From: an uncultured Clostridia bacterium
GTDB lineage: Bacteria > Bacillota > Clostridia > UBA1381
Length of the DNA stretch: 32,697 bases
Assembly (NCBI GenBank): GCA_944391635.1
Contig: CALXUL010000145.1
Span: forward strand, 1 to 32,697
Direction: 5' to 3'
Part shown: piece after piece, positions 17,501-26,637 of the stretch
Layout of the letters: each line of letters opens with the position of its first letter
How positions within the stretch are numbered: the first letter of the stretch is position 1
The notes under the pieces: generated by a model
The model's input: the letters and a program-made list of their open reading frames with translations, nothing else
The model's database searches: none
Told to the model about the DNA's origin: nothing
Program-made: the position numbers and the translations under genes

Positions 17501-18906
17501 ATACCTGAAAAATGATGGAAGCTTATTTTATCCTCCAAATATTCTTCTATCGGAGTGTCATCAGGAAAAATACTTGTTTTTTCGTACGTACCGTTTGAAG
17601 GCGGATTTACAATCCCGGTTACCTCAAAGTTTTTAAGCTTTATTACCCCCGGCGCAGAATTACCCGAAACCGAGAACCTAACCATATTCAATGTCTGCAT
17701 TTTTTCTTCAAGCGGTACGTTTAGCGCCGCCGCTTCACCGTTTATGTATATATCTGCCATATGGGTTTCAAGATTTACAAAAAGCTCATATCTAAACCAC
17801 TGTCCGGGAATCACTGCATTTGTAATTGTTTTCCCATCTTCGGTAACTATACTGCTCCCTTTTATATTTGCCGGGATTGAATTTATTTGCGATGAAGAGG
17901 TTTTTGTGTCTCTAAGAAGAAAAACCTGTGCCTGCATATCAGGGTCTTCGCACATTATATCCGATGCAATATAGAAGTAGGAATATGTCCTGCTGCTGTC
18001 ATAGTTTTTCATTTTATTAAGAGTTATATCTACATAGCAGTCATCAGATGTGGTTTTTGTGAATATGATTGATTCGCCTTTATTTATATTTTTATAATCC
18101 AGCCTCTCGCACTCAATAGAGTTTGTCTTTGGATATGTTTTTAAATTATAGTATGCCATTGCCTGGCTGTACATAGCATGGCTGTGGAAATATGTAAAAT
18201 CCCCTGCATCCTGCTCGACATATATATCATCGGTAACGTCCGTGCTGTACCTTTCGTTCGGCAAAGAGAAATTAACATCAGTTCCGTTATACACAACAAT
18301 ATCGTCTATATATACACCGCCTGATAACGATGATTTATAAATATGCATGCTGTCAAAATCCCCGGAAAGCCCGCTTACACGCCAGCCCTCAAGCTTCAAC
18401 TTCTTATCTACATACACTGAACAAACCTCTGCACGCCTGTTAACCATAACCGTCAGCTCTGTAAAAGATGTGCCGCCGATATTGCCTATCCTCTTACCCT
18501 GGCTTGTTTCAATCTGATTTGAATTGACATACAATATCGGCACAAATGTGCTCCCGCTTGCCATACCTATCTTCATATTGACTAAATCCGAGTTTTCCGG
18601 CTTAAATTTTACCGAAAAAACAAATTCGTTTTCAACATCACCGTCTAATGCTTTTGATATCGTTATAACGGATTGTGTTTTTTCAGACAGAAGCGCTTTG
18701 TTTTGCATTCCTGCCTCACTTATTTTTGCAGTACCGCCGTCTATATTTACACTATCAATTTCTACAGTATTGGTTATACTGCCGTCAAATCTTTCAAGAG
18801 CCAGAAATTCCTGTACCCTGCCCGGTTCTGCAAAAACATACAAGCCGGACATAAAAGATAAAATTAGGACTATTGCTATAATACTATAAGTTCTCCTGTA
18901 CAACAC
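14554..18906 (-). CDS. Secreted 1450-aa polysaccharide lyase candidate: two LamG-like modules, a copper-amine-oxidase-N-like stalk, a heparinase II/III-fold catalytic region, a beta-sandwich, and an F5/8 type C (discoidin) CBM
   Basis: Signal/TM is YSIIAIVLILSFMSGLYVFA. The lyase region (aa ~615-1205, nt ~15292..17064) carries HPRLLATKEDFERI, DAGSYSAGLAIGYDWFY, SNYNLWVNGG, HYHSHNDGGAFAFDMMGVRWATDLG and TEGHNTLTIN. The C-terminal NAIDGDLSTRWTC (nt ~14566..14934) is discoidin-like. AAGGAGGG precedes the GTG at 18906. Confidence 0.75.
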   Translation of the reverse strand: MLYRRTYSIIAIVLILSFMSGLYVFAEPGRVQEFLALERFDGSITNTVEIDSVNIDGGTAKISEAGMQNKALLSEKTQSVITISKALDGDVENEFVFSVKFKPENSDLVNMKIGMASGSTFVPILYVNSNQIETSQGKRIGNIGGTSFTELTVMVNRRAEVCSVYVDKKLKLEGWRVSGLSGDFDSMHIYKSSLSGGVYIDDIVVYNGTDVNFSLPNERYSTDVTDDIYVEQDAGDFTYFHSHAMYSQAMAYYNLKTYPKTNSIECERLDYKNINKGESIIFTKTTSDDCYVDITLNKMKNYDSSRTYSYFYIASDIMCEDPDMQAQVFLLRDTKTSSSQINSIPANIKGSSIVTEDGKTITNAVIPGQWFRYELFVNLETHMADIYINGEAAALNVPLEEKMQTLNMVRFSVSGNSAPGVIKLKNFEVTGIVNPPSNGTYEKTSIFPDDTPIEEYLEDKISFHHFSGIMYKNGQKTDLVHNSVYQDSELYLSAEDISNAFGIECSVDEKGETLFVNGQETEFGGIFLSLCSPMIPIGKFAREVLGKYTLDDGYGMVIVSDSPMYFDVGAEIPYYKQTYRNGYFTYQSTIQMLNAFLFFERPKKDVLLEKFNATTGGSVHPRLLATKEDFERIQTEALSDEGLAWIVELLIQQAEDIIPQEICTTYTFQDAFRQNGYAMNFEERMMYLGFAYQITGDKKYLDRAWLEIEGISKYPDINENHPIDAGSYSAGLAIGYDWFYSGLTDEQKKLMEDTAYRLSLSIMDRVFYAGLPGSSSNLSTVSTNVSSIFAKWKSNYNLWVNGGLVLAAIAYMDIYPDLCGDLLQQSLRSIEYNLYGFAPDGQWPEGNQYWDVCMNNLAKIISSLDCALGTDYGIMKYQGLDKTGYFAAGWASPLGSIANGDTNIDEGIFSYFSQSFLSKYFNQKGLAYIRQMNLSGDYTSYGIYEPEAHPIDALFYTAGVTAEDTQNIPRMIVAKGAESVTVHEDYTNPQAFVFAAQGGQTTHYHSHNDGGAFAFDMMGVRWATDLGRDNYNLGVSDSEIYRKRTEGHNTLTINNDDGFSQKENTFAELIDSASSETGGYAVYDLSELYEDADSVIRGFYIGDDYTSLTVRDEIELNRESEIYWFMHTKANIEILDTKTALLSKNGKSLILQMETDAAEFELSTMKAEPLPSSPVVEGQGGNEGISKVAIRLKDSGNVTLTVRMSPWETDNIPNEPISSWKVPGGTHSNVKDDFGYQLYVDDVKMKDSSTIPVVDEDIIPEFRVVPNDSNKKVVIVADDAEVNGEVSIEVISADGTKVQKSRIVYSATSSAILDFYDQYRAKAITVSEEPEAANNGQNAIDGDLSTRWTCKTIGAEGIFDFGESIEFDAVSTAFWLGSERKYKYTLYGSENGVDYEKIADITTSGTSEDYEVYKLDKMYNARYIKFVNNGNPANVNGNITEMLLLKRKGV

Positions 18907-18933
18907 TATAAGCCCTCCTTTTATAAAATAACT

Positions 18934-21900
18934 TTACTCGTAAACAAATAAACTTTCCGGGGTAAATCTTGACTGCCGCAACACAACAAAACTACAGTCA
19001 TCGCCATATGCGGAATATGTCTTTATCTCATCAAGCAGAATAGGAGTTACCTCGCCTGTATCGATATCGTATTTGACGATATTACTTGTATTTACGCTAA
19101 CATTCTTAAGGCTATTAAATGTGTAATCATAATCCCCAAAAATATCTGTTTCGGTTGACATATATGCAAACTTATCCGAAATTTTAAACATATTTCCAAG
19201 CTGATATACAATATTTTCATTCTTTCCGTTAAACACTGCATCAAGCGATGTATTCCCGATGCCTCTGCCGTTTTCCAAGTATACGTCTACACAAATAGAC
19301 ATAATTGTGCTCCCGTCATTTTTCAGCTTTGCGCGGAAAATATCCCCGCCTGAGAGTTCTTCGCCGTTATCCTTTGATACCTCAACGTTGTATGGGAGAT
19401 AAAGGTCATAATAATTGCCGTCCGACCAGCATACAACCTTTCTTGTAGCTTCGCCCTCATTATTTATCTCTTCAACCACCTTCTCTACAATATAGCTTTT
19501 ATCCTTCCAGTTGGGCTTATCTGTAGATGGATCAAATTCCAACACAGCTACCGCCGGCGTACCTGCCTCATTTAAGTCATAGACCGCAAGGTTGTAGGAG
19601 GTATTATCTATCAGCACACTGCTGCTTTCACCTACAACAGAATATTCCGCATCTGCCGGATCTGTCGGCACTTTAAATATCATGGTACCCGCAAGGTTAA
19701 AATATGGCATACATGAATTAGAAGCGGAACGGTACAAAAAAGTATCGGCGTCAAACCTATATTTTGTCAGCTTATCGTTCTCAGGCTGGTATTCAAACAT
19801 TCTCAAATCACTGCACTCTTCTGGAAAATCTATTTTTTTTATTTCATTGTTTTCATCCACGCAGTAACGAACCATCTGCTTTTCCGTACCTGCACAACTT
19901 GTCAGATACTCCCTAAACTCTGCCCGGTCCATGCTCTCGCCGTCTGCAACTACCTTTTCAGCAACATTCAGCGTAACTGTATTCGCGCTTATATCTATAA
20001 GCTTTATACCTATTTCCTCCTCTGTTTCTTCCAAAAAGCATCTTAGCATATATCCATAATAAAATTCTTCGCCTATAACCTTTACATTTATAATTTTTCC
20101 GGTAGAACCGACAACCGCAGTAACCATATTCCCCGGAGACATCATAAGCCACTCATCTTGGGGCAACGCACTCGCAACCAGATACTCCTGACCGTCAATG
20201 CAGGCAATATTTTCGGCAGAATCAGTATACAAAACCGTACCTTTTACGCTTTCTGTGCAAATACGCATACTAATTAGCATCATGTCCTCAGATTCGCATA
20301 CTTCTACTACGTCGCCTTTTTTTATATCGTACGGAGTAAGCTTTTCATTTAAGCTGTTTGTTATATTAAAAATAACGTCTTCAGACATAATATCTATATA
20401 ACGGCTTGAATCTGACAAGCCTATTGTTATCCCAGTCGGGCTTACGCTTTCAACCTCCGCATAGCGGTAATCATTGATAAAAATAATCTCATATTTGCCA
20501 TCATCATCATTGTCCAACACACGGATCGTACCATCTGCATTCTTAAAATACTCCTCATATAGCCCCACTGCCCGTCCGTTGTATATTAAAACTGCATCCG
20601 GCTCAATACGGAGGCGTTTTTTCCTCTGCAAAACGTTATCAGTATACTGTATTTCTGTTGCATCAAAGCTGTTAAAATACATTGCGTCAAATTCAATTTC
20701 CGCATTTCCGTTTGGGATAATCAGGACTGCTTCCTTCTGGTAGTTGTCATCACTGTAAAATACCGTACATTTTTTCCCTAATATATCTGGCGTCTGCTCG
20801 CTGCAATAAAATCTGTCACCGTTAATCTCTATTATATCTTCACCATTTATATATGCTGTACTGTCAAGAGAAGCTGTCTGCGTACGGTTCACAATCCCAG
20901 TAGTACTGTAAATCCCGTACAGCATCTGGAGCCAGGTTTCATCCGAGTCAAGATTATATCCGTTAAGTGGGGTTGTGCAGTAGGTATTTACGGCATTGTA
21001 CATCAGCATAACGGCAGAATCCCAGGAAAGCTCACCATAAATATTATTAATCTCAGCACCCTCATCAATTTCATATTTTTGCGCCGTTTTTATGTATGCT
21101 TCAGGATACTCACCACCGTAATAATTTTCTGCCTGGAAATCATATGATGCAGCGCATACAATGATTTTAACTGCTTCAGCAGTTGTTATATTCTGATATG
21201 GGCTGAAGGTTTCACCTTCGCTGATCCATCCGTTTGCAAGGGCGGTATAAACCGCCTCGGCACCGTCTGTCTGTGCTGTTACATCTTCAAACGTATATTC
21301 ATAGTCGCCGCCTTTATATACTTTGAAAAGCTGGCAGACTTCTTTTATAAACTCTATTTTTGTAACCCCGTTCCCGGAAGGCTCCGGCAAAGCGCCTATA
21401 TATTCAAGCAGCTTCTGAGCATAATAGAGCATTCCCGCAGCTTTGTTAGGTTGCCGGCTTATTTGCGGCTCAACAAGACCCAATTCTATTACTGTATCAA
21501 AAAGTGCCGCCGCTTCTGCGCGGGTTATATTTCTTTTCGGATAAAATGCACCGTTATCCCCGTTTAATATGCCAGCGGCAGACATTGCATTAACGGCATC
21601 TGCTGCATAATCAGAAATATCCTGGCTGTCGGAGAAGCTTATTTCATCAGATGTTTCTTTAAGCGTGTTTTTGAGCACGCGGTATAAAATCGAAGCCGCA
21701 TCCTCACGCGAAATAGGTCTTTTCGGCTCAAATTCTTTTTCGGTTACACCCTTTACCCAGCCGTTGCCGGCGGCTATCGATACAGGGATATAGTACCAGT
21801 CATTTACATCTATATCATTAAATGCTTCCTGCACTCCGCTTCCCATCCCGAAAAGGCGCACAATCATTACGGTAAATTCAGCCCTTGTAATAGTAGCTTC

Positions 21901-23094
21901 AGGCAAAAAGGTATTATCGGCATACCCTGAAATCACGCCCAAACGATACAGTTCATTTATAGCTTCTTCTGCCCAATGTCCAGAAATGTCAATAAAACTG
22001 CTCTGCGGCTGCGTCGGCAACACATCTCCGGGCGTTGTCTGAAAGGCATCATCATTGTCGCCTGCAGCCCCAATTGATGACGGTTTCCCCCCGCCTTCCT
22101 CAAGATTTTTCTCTTGTTCCATAACAGCGCTTTGGAAAGCTTTCGCTATGTCTTTTGTACATGTCCATCCGCCGGTGGACACCATCATTAAATTAAATAC
22201 ATTGTTTTGATAATAGCTGTTGCCCAGCCCGTTATACTTTTCCATATCAAGACCATATAATGACGGGTCGATCATCAATATCTCTTTTAGAGCCGCACTA
22301 TTTCCCGCGCAAGCTGCCTTTGCAGTAAGAATAGTATCATTCAGCACTGCAAAAGTGCTGCCATCTCCGATTTCCGCTTCCGCTATCAGCTCATCAGCTT
22401 TAGCTTTTTCCTCGTCTGAAAGGTCATTATATCTGGTTAAATCAATATCCTGCTCCAAAAAATTTTCATAAAGCTGCAGCGCTATACTAAACGCCATATC
22501 GTCTTGCTTAATGAGACTAACTGCCTCGCCCTGCATACGTAAATTCAAAAAAGTTTCTGCATCAGGTTCTTCTGACAGATTGGAATATACATAATGTGCT
22601 ATATCATTGCCATATGTATTAAATATTTCATCAGTATTGTCAAAACAATCATTATTATCTTTCAGAAGATTGTATATGCCTGCCTCATCAAGGTCTATGG
22701 CGCTGCCTGCAAGCTCTGAGAGTTTATTCTTATCAGCATTTACTATAATTTTCTGTAAGGAGCCGTCCCCGCTTGATGCGTGAACAATATATCTTCCATT
22801 AGCAAATCTCTTTGGTATAACAATGTTCCCGCTGAAAACGCCGTCATTGTTTATATCGTCTGTCTTGAGCACAACATCATTCTGCCATATTGAATCTGCT
22901 CCGCTTTCCTCAAAGTCGGAAGGATATATCCTTATATTCAAATATCCTTTTTCTTTTCCAGTTTCATACCTATAAGAAAACAATTTACTATCTACATCAA
23001 AAGTGCCGCTAAAGCTATCTCCGGCATACACGGTTGATACGCAAAAAACTGTTACGAAAACAATGCTGCATATACTTTTAAATATACTTTTCAT
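18934..23094 (-). CDS. 1386-aa cell-wall-anchored protein with an internal triple SLH module; flanking domains of unknown function
   Basis: Signal peptide ends at VYA|GD. Three SLH repeats lie at aa 366-537 (FIDISGHWAEEAINELYRLGVISGY...ITRAEFTVMIVRLF; FNDIDVNDWYY...ISREDAASILYRVL; FSDSQDISDYAADAVNAMSAAGILNG...ITRAEAAALFDTVI). A possible degenerate fourth sits near aa 593-640. GAGGAAAGG precedes the ATG. Confidence 0.8.
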   Translation of the reverse strand: MKSIFKSICSIVFVTVFCVSTVYAGDSFSGTFDVDSKLFSYRYETGKEKGYLNIRIYPSDFEESGADSIWQNDVVLKTDDINNDGVFSGNIVIPKRFANGRYIVHASSGDGSLQKIIVNADKNKLSELAGSAIDLDEAGIYNLLKDNNDCFDNTDEIFNTYGNDIAHYVYSNLSEEPDAETFLNLRMQGEAVSLIKQDDMAFSIALQLYENFLEQDIDLTRYNDLSDEEKAKADELIAEAEIGDGSTFAVLNDTILTAKAACAGNSAALKEILMIDPSLYGLDMEKYNGLGNSYYQNNVFNLMMVSTGGWTCTKDIAKAFQSAVMEQEKNLEEGGGKPSSIGAAGDNDDAFQTTPGDVLPTQPQSSFIDISGHWAEEAINELYRLGVISGYADNTFLPEATITRAEFTVMIVRLFGMGSGVQEAFNDIDVNDWYYIPVSIAAGNGWVKGVTEKEFEPKRPISREDAASILYRVLKNTLKETSDEISFSDSQDISDYAADAVNAMSAAGILNGDNGAFYPKRNITRAEAAALFDTVIELGLVEPQISRQPNKAAGMLYYAQKLLEYIGALPEPSGNGVTKIEFIKEVCQLFKVYKGGDYEYTFEDVTAQTDGAEAVYTALANGWISEGETFSPYQNITTAEAVKIIVCAASYDFQAENYYGGEYPEAYIKTAQKYEIDEGAEINNIYGELSWDSAVMLMYNAVNTYCTTPLNGYNLDSDETWLQMLYGIYSTTGIVNRTQTASLDSTAYINGEDIIEINGDRFYCSEQTPDILGKKCTVFYSDDNYQKEAVLIIPNGNAEIEFDAMYFNSFDATEIQYTDNVLQRKKRLRIEPDAVLIYNGRAVGLYEEYFKNADGTIRVLDNDDDGKYEIIFINDYRYAEVESVSPTGITIGLSDSSRYIDIMSEDVIFNITNSLNEKLTPYDIKKGDVVEVCESEDMMLISMRICTESVKGTVLYTDSAENIACIDGQEYLVASALPQDEWLMMSPGNMVTAVVGSTGKIINVKVIGEEFYYGYMLRCFLEETEEEIGIKLIDISANTVTLNVAEKVVADGESMDRAEFREYLTSCAGTEKQMVRYCVDENNEIKKIDFPEECSDLRMFEYQPENDKLTKYRFDADTFLYRSASNSCMPYFNLAGTMIFKVPTDPADAEYSVVGESSSVLIDNTSYNLAVYDLNEAGTPAVAVLEFDPSTDKPNWKDKSYIVEKVVEEINNEGEATRKVVCWSDGNYYDLYLPYNVEVSKDNGEELSGGDIFRAKLKNDGSTIMSICVDVYLENGRGIGNTSLDAVFNGKNENIVYQLGNMFKISDKFAYMSTETDIFGDYDYTFNSLKNVSVNTSNIVKYDIDTGEVTPILLDEIKTYSAYGDDCSFVVLRQSRFTPESLFVYE
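21484..21999 (-). repeat. Three tandem S-layer-homology (SLH) repeats within the 1386-aa protein
   Basis: See the sequences quoted for 18934..23094. The block follows a G/P/S/Q-rich linker (EEGGGKPSSIGAAGDNDDAFQTTPGDVLPTQPQSS). Confidence 0.8.
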
Positions 23095-23112
23095 ATATGT
23101 AACCTTTCCTCT

Positions 23113-24003
23113 CTACTCCTTAACCGCACCAATCATAACCCCTGCCGTAAAATATTTCTGTATGAAAGGATAAATGCATAAGATAGGGGCAGTAGCTATT
23201 ATAATTATGGCATATTTAATAGTTTCGCTTATAAATCCAAGCTCTGTATAATTGCCTGTATCAGCCATATCAGAAACATTGTTTTGGATAAGTATTTCCC
23301 TTAAAAGCAGCTGGAGCGGATATTTTGTCCTTTCGTCAAGGAACAGCATTGCGTGAAACCAGGCATTCCAATGCGAAACAGCGTAGTATAGCCCAATTAC
23401 TGCAAACGTCGCTTTGGTGAGCGGCAGAATAACGCAAAACAGCACAGTCGGATCATTCGCTCCGTCAAGCCTTGCCGATTCTTCAAGGCTCAACGGGACA
23501 GCCATAAACGCAGTCTTCATAATTATCAGATTAAAAGTGCTGATTGCGCTTGGGAGGATTAAAGACCATAAGCTGCCGTCAAGCCCCAAATCACGCACGG
23601 AAAAGTAAAACGGTATCATACCGCCGCTGAAAAACATTGTTATTACTATCATAATCATAATTGGCTTCTGGAACATAATTCCCTTTCTCGAAAGAAAGTA
23701 TGCGCCGAAAGACGTCATAAGCAAATTAATAATTACGCCAACAATTACAACAAACAGCGTATTACCGTAGCTTCTCAAAAGCAGCGGGTTCTGAAATGCC
23801 ATTTTGTACGCGTCAAGCGTAAAATCGAGCGGGTAAACCAGTATCCCTCGATACTTCACCAATTCCATTGCGTTTGAAAGAGATGCAACCAGCACATACC
23901 AAAGCGGATAAAACATAATTAATGCAAGCACAAGCATTACAACCGTGTTGACAAAAGAAAAAGCCTTGTCTGCAATACCTTTATTAATTTTTCTTCCTTT
24001 CAC
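23113..24003 (-). CDS. Carbohydrate ABC transporter permease (LplC-like)
   Basis: 296 aa with six predicted TM segments and the EAA-loop LEESARLDGANDPTVLF. GTG start with GAGGTG 7 nt upstream. Confidence 0.85.
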   Translation of the reverse strand: MKGRKINKGIADKAFSFVNTVVMLVLALIMFYPLWYVLVASLSNAMELVKYRGILVYPLDFTLDAYKMAFQNPLLLRSYGNTLFVVIVGVIINLLMTSFGAYFLSRKGIMFQKPIMIMIVITMFFSGGMIPFYFSVRDLGLDGSLWSLILPSAISTFNLIIMKTAFMAVPLSLEESARLDGANDPTVLFCVILPLTKATFAVIGLYYAVSHWNAWFHAMLFLDERTKYPLQLLLREILIQNNVSDMADTGNYTELGFISETIKYAIIIIATAPILCIYPFIQKYFTAGVMIGAVKE

Positions 24004-24017
24004 CGCTTCTCACCTCT

Positions 24018-24962
24018 TTACCATATACTGTTGCCGGTCGTTTTCCTGCTAAACAGGTTCGCCGCTAAAAGCAGTACCAGGTTTATTACTGAGTTAAACA
24101 GTCCTACCGCGGTACTGTATCCCCAATTCTGCGTTTCAAAGCCCATACGGTAAACATACGAGCTTATTACGTCGCTTGTTTCATAAATTGCCGGGTTATA
24201 CAGCAATATTATTTTTTCGTACCCTAAATTCATCAGTCTTCCAACACGGAGTATCAACATCGTAATTACGGTCATTTGTATCGATGGGATTGTGATATGC
24301 AGCATCCTTGCCATCCTGCCTGCTCCGTCAATTTCTGCCGCTTCATACTGTTCAACGTCAACCGCACTGAGCGCAGCCAGGTATATTATTGATTCCCAGC
24401 CTACACCCTGCCAAATGTCTGATATTACGTAAATCGGCAAAAACAGGTCTTGCTCCGTCAGGAGGTTGACGGTTTTCCCTCTAAAATACCCTACCAATAT
24501 ACCTATTATGCCGTCCGCGCCGACGAATGTCTTAATCATACCACATACTACTACAAGCGATATGAAATGCGGCAGATATGAAGCCGTCTGCACCATCCTT
24601 TTTAACTTCAGGCTTGACATCTCATTTAAAAACAAAGCTAGTATTATAGGCGCAGGGAATGCAAAAATTAAATTTGTACCACTGATTACAATTGTATTGC
24701 GCAGCAATCGCGCAAAATCAGGCGATGAGAAAAAATCATTAAAGTTCTTCAGTCCCACCCAGGCGCTGCCTGCAAAGCCAAGCCTCGGGGAATAATCTTT
24801 AAACGCAATCAGCGCGCCGTACATGGGCTTATAATGGAACAGAAAGTAAAACAGTATAACTGGTATAACCATAATATACGCACCTTTATTGCGCGACAAA
24901 TCTTTTCTGCACCTTCCAAGCCATGAAGAATTATTATATTTTATTCGTTGTATTGTTTTCAT
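24018..24962 (-). CDS. Carbohydrate ABC transporter permease (LplB-like)
   Basis: 314 aa with the EAA-loop YEAAEIDGAGRMARM. N-terminus resembles 592..1545 (IPVILFYFLFHYKPMYGALIAFKDY). Confidence 0.85.
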   Translation of the reverse strand: MKTIQRIKYNNSSWLGRCRKDLSRNKGAYIMVIPVILFYFLFHYKPMYGALIAFKDYSPRLGFAGSAWVGLKNFNDFFSSPDFARLLRNTIVISGTNLIFAFPAPIILALFLNEMSSLKLKRMVQTASYLPHFISLVVVCGMIKTFVGADGIIGILVGYFRGKTVNLLTEQDLFLPIYVISDIWQGVGWESIIYLAALSAVDVEQYEAAEIDGAGRMARMLHITIPSIQMTVITMLILRVGRLMNLGYEKIILLYNPAIYETSDVISSYVYRMGFETQNWGYSTAVGLFNSVINLVLLLAANLFSRKTTGNSIW

Positions 24963-24993
24963 TTTCCAACCCTTTATAAATAACTATACCAAT

Positions 24994-26562
24994 TTATTTT
25001 GAAAGATATCTTGAATATGCATCCTGCTTCATTTCCAGAACTCGTTCAACGCCGCGCGCCTTAAGCTGCTCCACAACGCTGTCATAATTCTCCAATGGCT
25101 CTATACCCATTATGAATTTAATTATCATTTCATCAGCATATGTATCAATAGCGTTATTCAAATTAGCAAGCTCGCTTACTTCATCTTCCTGAACATACAA
25201 ATAAGGGAGTACATGTTCTTTCATATTGGTCTTTTTCCATGTATCCCATGCGGCTTGTTGCTCAGGAAGACTTGCATACTGTTCAAGATAGCGTCTGTCC
25301 TGAATAAATGGACCCGAATCATACGCAAGCGTATATTCCGACAATGCAACCGTCATTGCAAGACCTTCTTCATTGTTTGTTATATTTTCTGTATACTTGG
25401 GGTATCCGTTCTCAAGAGTATAGCTCTGTGACTCTATGCCGAAATTATACAGCATGCATCCTTCCTCACTGTACCCGAAATCAAGCAGCTCTATTGCCTT
25501 TTCTTTATTTTTGCAGTCGATGCTTACCGCTGCGGCATTGCCTGCGGCAACAGGCGGCTGCCAATATCCAAATTCCGGCGTTGTGCCTTTTTCCATTGTT
25601 GGGAAAGGCGCTCCGGTAAGCTTAAACGAATCAGTTTCAGCCGAACTCATATACCTGCCTATTCCCGAACCAAGTGCCCCCGAAATTACACCGGACATAC
25701 CGTTTAATATATTTGAATCAATCATAGTATTGTCCAGAGCGCTAAAATCAGGATCGAGCAACCCCTCATTATACCACTTGTTCATCAGTGTAAGGAAATC
25801 TTTAAATCCCGGCTCGAGCATCCCGTATTTTACCTTTCCATCGTCAATATAATATCCCATGCCAACTCCATATGCGCCACAGAAAAGATGACTTGCCCTT
25901 ATATTAGATAAACTGATTGACAACGGTGCCTGCGCTCCTTTCTTATCCTTAAACGCCCTTAGAACCGTTTCCCATTCATCTATTGTTTCCGGCATTTCCA
26001 AACCAAGCTCTTCAAGCCAGTCCTGGCGAATTATCAGCCCTACGGTAACCTCCAAATCCTCATCGCCTCTTATGCAAGGGAACGCAAACAAAGCTCCCGA
26101 ATCGGTTATGGACATTTTCCTTACATCGTCGTGCTCTGCAAAATACTTGTTAATATTAGGCGCATAATCCTTATATTGGTTTATATCAACAATAACCTTG
26201 TCGTTTATAGCCTTTTGAGGGCCTCCGGGATAATTCTGCCAATTATACTGAATTATATCCGGCAAGTCGTCGGATGTGACTAAAATGTTGAATTTTTCTG
26301 TTGCCTGACCCTGGGGAGGATGAATAAATTCAATATCAGTATTTGTCAATTCCATAACCTTTTGGTACAGCGGCGTTTCTGCCATATTATTGACCACTGT
26401 TGACGCATAGCTTGTCAAATTAGACCAATATGTAAGATGAACCTTCCCATCTTCAGTCTGATTTGTTTGTACTTCGCCGCATCCGTATAACGCAGCTGCC
26501 AATAAAATAAAACTTGCCGCAATAGAATATTTCTTTTTCATCATCAAATCAAATCCTTTCAT
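24994..26562 (-). CDS. Extracellular solute-binding lipoprotein of the ABC transporter (LplA-like, family 1 SBP, ~520 aa)
   Basis: Signal peptide with the lipobox LAAALYG|C. Size and composition fit the large Firmicutes oligosaccharide SBPs. Alternative starts at 26544 and 26541 (MMKKKYS) are equally plausible. Confidence 0.85.
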   Translation of the reverse strand: MKGFDLMMKKKYSIAASFILLAAALYGCGEVQTNQTEDGKVHLTYWSNLTSYASTVVNNMAETPLYQKVMELTNTDIEFIHPPQGQATEKFNILVTSDDLPDIIQYNWQNYPGGPQKAINDKVIVDINQYKDYAPNINKYFAEHDDVRKMSITDSGALFAFPCIRGDEDLEVTVGLIIRQDWLEELGLEMPETIDEWETVLRAFKDKKGAQAPLSISLSNIRASHLFCGAYGVGMGYYIDDGKVKYGMLEPGFKDFLTLMNKWYNEGLLDPDFSALDNTMIDSNILNGMSGVISGALGSGIGRYMSSAETDSFKLTGAPFPTMEKGTTPEFGYWQPPVAAGNAAAVSIDCKNKEKAIELLDFGYSEEGCMLYNFGIESQSYTLENGYPKYTENITNNEEGLAMTVALSEYTLAYDSGPFIQDRRYLEQYASLPEQQAAWDTWKKTNMKEHVLPYLYVQEDEVSELANLNNAIDTYADEMIIKFIMGIEPLENYDSVVEQLKARGVERVLEMKQDAYSRYLSK

Positions 26563-26637
26563 AATATATTCCCCTTCAAAAAAAGATTTTCCCGGGTTCG
26601 ATTACTACGTTTATAGCTTACCACTTTTTATATTCCC

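Noticed and set aside
14554-18906. Naming the lyase a heparinase and the locus a heparin/heparan sulfate PUL.
   Set aside because: The window has no sulfatase genes. The accompanying GH105, SASA esterase and GH43-like genes do not fit heparin catabolism. The fold is shared by several PL families with different substrates.
10358-23608. Many 60-145-aa ORFs in the track lie antisense to, or out of frame within, the large CAZyme and transporter genes (for example 11398..11823, 13369..13803, 15221..15595, 17555..17974, 18524..18889, 22220..22471, 23414..23608).
   Set aside because: Each is fully embedded in a long ORF with clear family motifs on the other strand or frame. They have low-complexity S/P/L/I-rich translations and no ribosome-binding site, so they are typical shadow ORFs.
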